From sequence record CM123846.1: a stretch of DNA of 32,000 bases; one strand, given 5' to 3'. The notes below the pieces were generated by a model. That model was not told the origin of the DNA, ran no database searches, and saw only the letters and a list, made by a program, of their open reading frames with translations. Below, piece by piece: positions 26,157 to 32,000 of the stretch. Both the position numbers and the translations under genes were made by a program. Each line of letters begins with the position of its first letter. Within the stretch, counting starts at the first letter, position 1.

Positions 26157-26984
26157 ATGGCAATTAGATTTTTAAAAGCTGCAACACCAGGAACACGACA
26201 TGGTTCTGTCAGTGATTTTTCTCAAATATCAAAAAAACGACCAGAGAAAAAATTAACATCTTGGTGGTCTCGTTCAAAAGGACGAAATAATAGAGGTATT
26301 ATTACAACTCGACACCGTGGTGGTGGCCATAAAAGGCTATATCGAAAAATCGATTTTGCACGAACTAAAGTAGGTGTGAATGCAAAAGTCGTTAGTATTG
26401 AATATGATCCAAACCGTAATGCTCGTATTGCATTATTACATTATCCAGATGGAGAAAAACGTTATATTTTACATCCAATTGGATTAAATATTGGCGATAC
26501 AATTACTGCATCACCAGATGCTAATATTACAATTGGTAATTGTTTACCATTAAAAAATATTCCATTAGGAACAGATGTTCATAATATTGAATTACAACCT
26601 GGTGGGGGAGGACAATTAGTACGTGCAGCAGGAACAGTTGCACAAGTTGTTGCAAAAGAAAATAGTTGGGTTACTTTACGTTTACCATCTGGTGAAGTTA
26701 GGTTAATTTCCGAAAATTGTTGGGCAACAATTGGGCGTGTTGGAAATATTGATTTTTCTAATTTAACATTAGGTAAAGCTGGCCGCCGTCGTTGGTTAGG
26801 GTATAGACCACATGTACGTGGATCAGCAATGAACCCAGTTGATCACCCACATGGTGGTGGTGAAGGTCGTGCTCCAATTGGTCGTTCGCGTCCAGTAAGT
26901 CCATGGGGTAAACCAGCATTAGGAGCAAAGACTCGTAAACCAAAAAAATGGAGTACAAAATATATTGTACAAAAACGTAAATAA
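26157..26984 (+). CDS. rpl2: ribosomal protein L2 (no intron)
   Basis: 275-aa ORF. Conserved blocks [16 protein letters not shown] and [18 protein letters not shown]. Confidence 0.97.
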   Translation: MAIRFLKAATPGTRHGSVSDFSQISKKRPEKKLTSWWSRSKGRNNRGIITTRHRGGGHKRLYRKIDFARTKVGVNAKVVSIEYDPNRNARIALLHYPDGEKRYILHPIGLNIGDTITASPDANITIGNCLPLKNIPLGTDVHNIELQPGGGGQLVRAAGTVAQVVAKENSWVTLRLPSGEVRLISENCWATIGRVGNIDFSNLTLGKAGRRRWLGYRPHVRGSAMNPVDHPHGGGEGRAPIGRSRPVSPWGKPALGAKTRKPKKWSTKYIVQKRK

Positions 26985-27019
26985 ATATAGTTCGATATAA
27001 CTACTAAAAATTCATTATT

Positions 27020-27298
27020 ATGGGAAGATCATTAAAAAAGGCACCATTTGTGGCTGATCATTTACTTAAAAAAATTGAACGCGCAAATGTTCAAGGTGAT
27101 AAAAAAGTAATTACAACATGGTCACGTTCCTCAACAATTGTTCCAGTTATGATTGGACATACAATTGCGGTACATAATGGACGTACACATATTCCAGTAT
27201 TTATTACTGATCAAATGGTAGGGCATAAATTAGGTGAATTTTCACCAACTCGTACATTTAAAGGTCATATTAAAAAGGATAAAAAATCAAAACGATAG
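27020..27298 (+). CDS. rps19: ribosomal protein S19
   Basis: 92-aa [23 protein letters not shown]...[38 protein letters not shown]. Confidence 0.97.
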   Translation: MGRSLKKAPFVADHLLKKIERANVQGDKKVITTWSRSSTIVPVMIGHTIAVHNGRTHIPVFITDQMVGHKLGEFSPTRTFKGHIKKDKKSKR

Positions 27299-27304
27299 AA
27301 AATT

Positions 27305-28009
27305 ATGGGACAAAAAGTACATCCTTTAGGCTTTCGCCTTGGAATAACACAAAAGCATCAAAGTTATTGGTGTACGAACCGTGAATTATCATCGGTTTGG
27401 ATTCAAGATGCGAATTTTTTACGCAATTTCATTACAAAAAATTATTCAAAGGCTGGAATTACACGTATTGAAATCCGACGTCGTCGTTTTGGTTCATCAT
27501 CATTAACTATTGAAATTTTTGCTGCACGACCAAATTTATTTGGAAATCGTGAAACACAAAATTTAGATAAATTACGTGATTCATTAACAACTGAATTAGA
27601 ACGTTTTTATCGAAAACGAAATTTAGAACAACCAACTAAACTACAAATTAGTTTATATGTAAAACCATTAGCAAACCCTGATATTTATGCACATGTTTTA
27701 GCTGACCGATTAGTTGAAGATTTAGAACAACGTAAACCATATCGTCGTTCAATGAAACAACTTGTTCAACGTGCTCGAAAAGCAGGTGTAAAAGGAATTA
27801 AAGTTCAAGTTTCTGGAAGATTGAACGGAGCTGATATTGCTCGTGCTGAAGATGTTCGCGATGGCGCTGTACCATTACAAACTTTACGTGCAAATATTGA
27901 CTATTGTTCGAAATCTGCAAAAACAATTTATGGCTTATTAGGCATTAAAATTTGGGTTTTTAATGGTGAACAATTATCAAAGTTAGATAACTTAGCAACT
28001 GAACTATAA
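27305..28009 (+). CDS. rps3: ribosomal protein S3
   Basis: 234-aa ORF, MGQKVHPLGFRLGITQKHQSYW...; C-terminal block VSGRLNGADIARAEDVRDGAVPLQTLRANIDY. It starts 6 nt after rps19, so there is no rpl22. Confidence 0.95.
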   Translation: MGQKVHPLGFRLGITQKHQSYWCTNRELSSVWIQDANFLRNFITKNYSKAGITRIEIRRRRFGSSSLTIEIFAARPNLFGNRETQNLDKLRDSLTTELERFYRKRNLEQPTKLQISLYVKPLANPDIYAHVLADRLVEDLEQRKPYRRSMKQLVQRARKAGVKGIKVQVSGRLNGADIARAEDVRDGAVPLQTLRANIDYCSKSAKTIYGLLGIKIWVFNGEQLSKLDNLATEL

Positions 28010-28046
28010 TTGCAATTATCAAAATATTTAATTATTAAATTTAATT

Positions 28047-28457
28047 ATGTTAAGCCCAAAACGAACAAAATTTAGACGTCATCATCGTGGTCGTATGCGT
28101 GGCAAAGCTACACGTGGTAATACATTAGCGTTTGGTGATTATGGATTACAAACTTTAGAAAGATCATGGATTACTTCACGTCAAATTGAAGCTGCTAGAC
28201 GTGCAATGACAAGACATATTCGACGTGGCGGTAAAATTTGGATACGTTTATTTCCAGATAAACCAGTAACAATGCGAGCGGCAGAAACTCGAATGGGTTC
28301 CGGAAAAGGGACACCAGAATATTGGGTTGCTGTTGTAAAACCTGGTAAAATTTTATACGAAATTAAAGGTGTACCAGAAACAGTTGCACGTGTTGCATTA
28401 AAACTAGCTGGTGCTAAATTACCAGTGAAAACGCGAATTCTTATTCGTACTAATTAA
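28047..28457 (+). CDS. rpl16: ribosomal protein L16 (no intron)
   Basis: 136-aa [38 protein letters not shown]... Confidence 0.97.
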   Translation: MLSPKRTKFRRHHRGRMRGKATRGNTLAFGDYGLQTLERSWITSRQIEAARRAMTRHIRRGGKIWIRLFPDKPVTMRAAETRMGSGKGTPEYWVAVVKPGKILYEIKGVPETVARVALKLAGAKLPVKTRILIRTN

Positions 28458-28489
28458 TCAAATCGTTTAAATTAGAAAAAGAAACCAAT

Positions 28490-28858
28490 ATGATTCAACC
28501 ACAATCTTATCTCACTGTTGCTGATAATTCAGGAGCAAGAGAAGTAATGTGCATTCGAGTATTAGGAAGTGGAAAAGCGAGAGCAGCAACGGTTGGCGAT
28601 ATTATTGTTGCTGTTGTTAAAGAAGCAAATCCTAATATGCCAATCAAAAAATCAGATATTGTTCGTGCCGTAATTGTTCGTACAAGAAAAAATGTACGAC
28701 GAGCAAATGGTACAAGTATTCGATTCGACGAAAATGCAGCTGTCATTATTAATAAAGAAAATAATCCTCGTGGAACACGAGTTTTTGGCCCGGTAGCACG
28801 TGAGTTACGTGACGGCAATTTTACAAAAATTATTTCATTAGCTCCAGAAGTTATATAA
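28490..28858 (+). CDS. rpl14: ribosomal protein L14
   Basis: 122-aa [29 protein letters not shown]...[30 protein letters not shown]. Confidence 0.97.
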   Translation: MIQPQSYLTVADNSGAREVMCIRVLGSGKARAATVGDIIVAVVKEANPNMPIKKSDIVRAVIVRTRKNVRRANGTSIRFDENAAVIINKENNPRGTRVFGPVARELRDGNFTKIISLAPEVI

Positions 28859-28870
28859 AAAAAAATTAAT

Positions 28871-29416
28871 ATGGTACAACGATTAGACAAGTTCTATCAA
28901 ACAACCGTAACACCACAATTAAAAAAACAATTTGAGTATACCAATACTCATCGAGTTCCAAAACTAGAAAAAATTGTAATTAATCGTGGTTTAGGGGATG
29001 CATCACAAAATTCTAAATTATTAGAATCGTGTTCAAATGAATTAAGTATTATTACTGGCCAACAAGGTATTACAACGCGATCAAAAAAAGCTATTGCTGG
29101 TTTTAAATTAAGACAAAAAATGCCAGTTGGATTAGTAGTAACACTACGAAAAGATCGAATGTATGCGTTTTTAGATCGCTTAATTAATTTAGCACTACCA
29201 CGTATTCGCGATTTTCAAGGAATGAATCCAAAAAGTTTTGATGGAAATGGAAATTATAGTTTAGGATTAGATGAACAATTAATGTTCCCAGAAATTGATT
29301 ATGATAAAATTGATCAAATTCGTGGTATGGACATTTCCATTATTACTAGTGCAAAAAATGATGAAGAAGGTTTAGCTTTATTATCAGCATTTGGTATGCC
29401 ATTTAGAAAAAAATAA
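28871..29416 (+). CDS. rpl5: ribosomal protein L5
   Basis: 181-aa ORF. Conserved blocks [39 protein letters not shown] and [20 protein letters not shown]. Confidence 0.95.
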   Translation: MVQRLDKFYQTTVTPQLKKQFEYTNTHRVPKLEKIVINRGLGDASQNSKLLESCSNELSIITGQQGITTRSKKAIAGFKLRQKMPVGLVVTLRKDRMYAFLDRLINLALPRIRDFQGMNPKSFDGNGNYSLGLDEQLMFPEIDYDKIDQIRGMDISIITSAKNDEEGLALLSAFGMPFRKK

Positions 29417-29428
29417 ATACAAGTCAAT

Positions 29429-29839
29429 ATGGTAAATGACACAATTAGTGATATGTTAACACGTATTCGTAATGCAAATTTAGCATCGAAACAATGTGTA
29501 ACAATTCCAAAGACAAATATTCATATTAATATTGCAAAAATATTAGAACAAGAAGGTTTTATTGATAGTATTGAAATAAAAGCTTCTGAATCAAATGATT
29601 TTATTTTAAATTTAAAGTATATTTCAACGGGCGAAAATAGTAATATTAAAAAACCATGTATTACAAATTTAAAACGAATTAGTACACCTGGTCTTAGAAT
29701 CTATACAAATTCTAAAGATATCCCACAAAGTTTTGGCGGAATGGGTATTGTTATTATCTCAACATCTCAAGGTTTAATGACTGATCGCGATGCTCGTAAA
29801 GCAAAATTAGGCGGTGAAATTCTTTGTTCCGTTTGGTAA
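29429..29839 (+). CDS. rps8: ribosomal protein S8
   Basis: 136-aa [48 protein letters not shown]...GGEILCSVW. Confidence 0.95.
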   Translation: MVNDTISDMLTRIRNANLASKQCVTIPKTNIHINIAKILEQEGFIDSIEIKASESNDFILNLKYISTGENSNIKKPCITNLKRISTPGLRIYTNSKDIPQSFGGMGIVIISTSQGLMTDRDARKAKLGGEILCSVW

Positions 29840-29865
29840 AAAAAATTATTTTTTTAAATTTATAT

Positions 29866-29872
29866 AAGGAGG
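29866..29872 (+). promoter_or_regulatory. Shine-Dalgarno sequence AAGGAGG preceding the infA TTG start
   Basis: A perfect 7-nt complement of the 16S rRNA 3' tail lies 3 nt upstream of TTG (29876-29878). Confidence 0.5.
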
Positions 29873-29875
29873 CCT

Positions 29876-30133
29876 TTGAATCAAAAAAATGTTGATTTAA
29901 TTGAAATCGAAGGAACAGTAACGCAATGCTTATCAAATGGTATGTTTCGTGTAAAACTTGAAAATGGTTTTTTAGTATTAGCACACGTATCAGGTAAAAT
30001 TCGTCGAAATTATATTCGAATTTTACTTGGTGACCGTGTTCTTGTTGAATTAAGCCCTTATGATTTAACACGAGGTCGAATTACTTTTAGATTGCGTCCT
30101 GGCAAAGAACAAATAATTACAGAAGAAACTTAA
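29876..30133 (+). CDS. infA: translation initiation factor IF-1, apparent TTG start
   Basis: 85 codons, ...[65 protein letters not shown]. No in-frame ATG lies upstream of the conserved S1-like domain. The in-frame upstream stop is at 29855-29857. Confidence 0.88.
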   Translation: MNQKNVDLIEIEGTVTQCLSNGMFRVKLENGFLVLAHVSGKIRRNYIRILLGDRVLVELSPYDLTRGRITFRLRPGKEQIITEET

Positions 30134-30140
30134 AACTAAT

Positions 30141-30254
30141 ATGAAAGTACGTCCATCAGTTAGAAGAATGTGCGATAAATGTCGTTTAATTAAACGTAAA
30201 GGTACAATTCGTATTATTTGTACGAATCCAAAACATAAACAACGTCAAGGTTAA
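30141..30254 (+). CDS. rpl36: ribosomal protein L36
   Basis: 37-codon ORF read by hand: [37 protein letters not shown]. Confidence 0.95.
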   Translation: MKVRPSVRRMCDKCRLIKRKGTIRIICTNPKHKQRQG

Positions 30255-30286
30255 TGTTTTATTTATAAAAATATATAATTATATAT

Positions 30287-30679
30287 ATGGCAAAAAGAAT
30301 CGAACGAACTGCGAAAAAGAAATTTCGTGAAAAAGTAGGGCGTGGTGTAGCACATATTCAATCTACTTTTAATAACACAATTGTAACAATTACAAATGTT
30401 AATGGAAATGTTTTAGCTTGGTCATCAGCAGGTGCTTGTGGCTTTAAAGGTGCACGTAAAAAAACACCGTTTGCAGCTAAGCAAGCTGCAGAAAATGTTG
30501 CACAAACTTGTGTTAGTCAAGGGATGAAAGAAATTGTAGTCCAAGTAAAAGGAGCAGGTGCCGGTCGTGAAGCTGCTTTACGCGGTTTATTAGATGCTGG
30601 ATTATCAATTACTCGAATTCGTGATATTACTCCCATCCCACATAATGGCTGTCGTCCACCGAAAAAACGACGCATTTAA
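30287..30679 (+). CDS. rps11: ribosomal protein S11
   Basis: 130-aa ORF. Conserved blocks [30 protein letters not shown] and [16 protein letters not shown]. It follows rpl36 directly, so there is no rps13. Confidence 0.97.
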   Translation: MAKRIERTAKKKFREKVGRGVAHIQSTFNNTIVTITNVNGNVLAWSSAGACGFKGARKKTPFAAKQAAENVAQTCVSQGMKEIVVQVKGAGAGREAALRGLLDAGLSITRIRDITPIPHNGCRPPKKRRI

Positions 30680-30684
30680 TTTTT

Positions 30685-31449
30685 ATGGTTGTTAATAATA
30701 AATTTATTTCATATATTGAATCTCGAGTTCAATCTAATAATGAATTATATGGTAGGTTTCACATTGGGAGTTTTCGTAGAGGTCAAAGTCTAACTGTTGC
30801 AAATACGCTACGTAGGACTCTCTTATCTGAAATACCAGCGTTTCTTATTACAAAAGTGGAAATTGAAGATGTTTGTCATGAATTTGATTCAATTGAAGCA
30901 ATTCAAGAAAATGTTCTTGATGTTTTATTAAATTTTAAAAATTTAAAATTAAAATCAATCAATTCAAAATTAGTTGATCCAAATTATCCAACGCATAAAT
31001 ATACAGGATATATTAATTATTCAGGACCAGGTATTATTACTGCCAATGATATACATTTTCCTGAAAATGTCGTACCCGTAAATAACACACATTACATTGC
31101 GACATGTAGTAATACAGGAACCTTTACTGCGAAATTGACAATTGAATTTTTAGATCCTAGTCAATTGATTAACCTCGAATCTTCGAATTTAAATGCAGTA
31201 ACAAATGAATTACTAATTCATTCAGTACCAAAACCAGTTAAACAAGTTAATTATACGATCCAAAAATTATCTAATTTTCCGGATCAAGAGTATATTTCAT
31301 TAGAAATTTGGACAGATGGAAGTATCGATCCTCATACAACTCTAACTTACATCTTAAAAAGATTAACCACTAAATTTTTTCAACTTGCTAATTTATCGAA
31401 TGAACTGCAAACACCATTTGTAATTGATAATACAGCAAAAATAAACTAA
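30685..31449 (+). CDS. rpoA: plastid-encoded RNA polymerase alpha subunit, N-terminal domain only
   Basis: 254-aa ORF. Alpha-NTD blocks YGRFHIGSFRRGQSLTVANTLRRTLLSEIP, HEFDSIEAIQENVLDVLLNFKNL, GPGIITANDI and SLEIWTDGSI. It occupies the canonical position after rps11 and has no C-terminal domain. Confidence 0.85.
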   Translation: MVVNNKFISYIESRVQSNNELYGRFHIGSFRRGQSLTVANTLRRTLLSEIPAFLITKVEIEDVCHEFDSIEAIQENVLDVLLNFKNLKLKSINSKLVDPNYPTHKYTGYINYSGPGIITANDIHFPENVVPVNNTHYIATCSNTGTFTAKLTIEFLDPSQLINLESSNLNAVTNELLIHSVPKPVKQVNYTIQKLSNFPDQEYISLEIWTDGSIDPHTTLTYILKRLTTKFFQLANLSNELQTPFVIDNTAKIN

Positions 31450-31474
31450 CGACAGACAATCTTATAGATATATA

Positions 31475-31888
31475 ATGAACCAATCAATTGATATAACAGG
31501 TAATGTAATTAAAGCAGGCGGTCGAAAAAATGCGCAGGCTCAAGTACAACTAATCCCCGGTTCTGGTAATTCAATTCTTATTAATGGAAAATCAGCAGAT
31601 ACATATTTTCAACAAAATGCTGTATATTTACAATGTATTTATACGGTTTATGAAATGGTAAAAACTGAAAAAAAATATGATGCCATTATTACTGTTGAAG
31701 GTGGTGGATTAAGTGCTCAAGCTCAAGCTATTCGTTTAGCTTTATGTAAAGCTTTTAGTACTTTATTTCCAAATTTACGACCATATTTTAAAGAGCGTAA
31801 GTTTTTAACGCGTGATGCTCGAATGAAAGAACGTCGTAAATATGGTCTAAAAAAAGCTCGTAAAGCACCGCAATTTTCAAAACGATAA
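31475..31888 (+). CDS. rps9: ribosomal protein S9
   Basis: 137-aa ORF. Conserved blocks GRKNAQAQVQLIPGSG, VEGGGLSAQAQAIRLAL and LTRDARMKERRKYGLKKARKAPQFSKR. Confidence 0.95.
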   Translation: MNQSIDITGNVIKAGGRKNAQAQVQLIPGSGNSILINGKSADTYFQQNAVYLQCIYTVYEMVKTEKKYDAIITVEGGGLSAQAQAIRLALCKAFSTLFPNLRPYFKERKFLTRDARMKERRKYGLKKARKAPQFSKR

Positions 31889-31946
31889 TATTTTTTATTT
31901 ATTTTTCAATAAACTTCTTAACTAAAAAAAAAATTAAAATTCGATT

Positions 31947-32000
31947 ATGTCAACTACAACAAACGAAATCTTAGAAAAATTAAAATCAATTACTTTATTA
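31947..32000 (+). CDS. rpl12: ribosomal protein L7/L12, 5' fragment (runs off right edge)
   Basis: ATG at 31947, then MSTTTNEILEKLKSITLL. This is the typical L12 N-terminal dimerisation-helix motif (..I.E.LK.LTLLE). Only 18 codons are visible. Confidence 0.7.
   Translation, partial: MSTTTNEILEKLKSITLL

Noticed and set aside
26758-26958. 66-aa minus-strand ORF inside rpl2
   Set aside because: It is antisense to the conserved rpl2 C-terminus and is spurious.
28507-28890. 127-aa minus-strand ORF, the longest unassigned ORF in the track
   Set aside because: It is exactly co-extensive with, and antisense to, rpl14, and it runs into the rpl5 start. It has no start context and no motifs. Its openness follows from rpl14 codon usage.
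29754-30071. 105-aa minus-strand ORF spanning the rps8 end, spacer and infA
   Set aside because: It is antisense to two conserved genes and crosses their intergenic SD region. It is not plausible as a gene.

Overview
This window is plastid (chloroplast) DNA from a very AT-rich green alga. I do not see a novel biological system in it, and there is no CRISPR array, transposon, phage, defence or toxin-antitoxin module.

The chlorophyte-type assignment rests on several points:
- rpoC is split into rpoC1 and rpoC2.
- psb, pet and psa genes are present.
- trnL(UAA) carries the ancient group I intron.
- tufA, ftsH, rpl5, rpl12, rpl19, rps9, infA, accD, ycf4 and cemA are retained.
- The ribosomal-protein cluster is the reduced green-lineage type, with no rpl22, rps13 or rps10.

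I cannot name the species.

I support 37 protein genes, two of them truncated by the window edges, and 10 tRNA genes.
- Positions 1-14007 are all minus strand, transcribed rpoB > rpoC1 > rpoC2 > trnV > psaI > accD > ftsH.
- Next come trnC(+), the clpP > petB > petD block (-), psbB-psbT(+), psbN(-) and psbH(+).
- A tRNA-rich stretch follows: trnL with intron, trnY, psbM, trnS, trnG, trnfM and trnE.
- After rpl20-rps18, trnW-trnP and psaJ, a 10-kb plus-strand run extends from rps12 to rpl12.

Eight genes are absent from the supplied ORF track and were read directly from the sequence. ftsH (1-2594) and rpl12 run off the window edges. psaI, psbT, psbN, psbM, psaJ and rpl36 are under 60 codons.

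The points most worth a second look:
1. An ftsH/ycf2-like AAA+ gene with a hugely expanded domain between its two hydrophobic segments and an insertion inside the ATPase module.
2. An rpoA that encodes only the alpha N-terminal domain, with no alpha-CTD.
3. infA starting at TTG behind a perfect AAGGAGG.
4. A compact 186-nt trnL group I intron.
5. A consistent system of 3' inverted repeats punctuating the transcription units.
6. A few candidate sigma70-type promoters.

All coordinates were counted by hand. tRNA ends and hairpin limits may be off by 1-2 nt.
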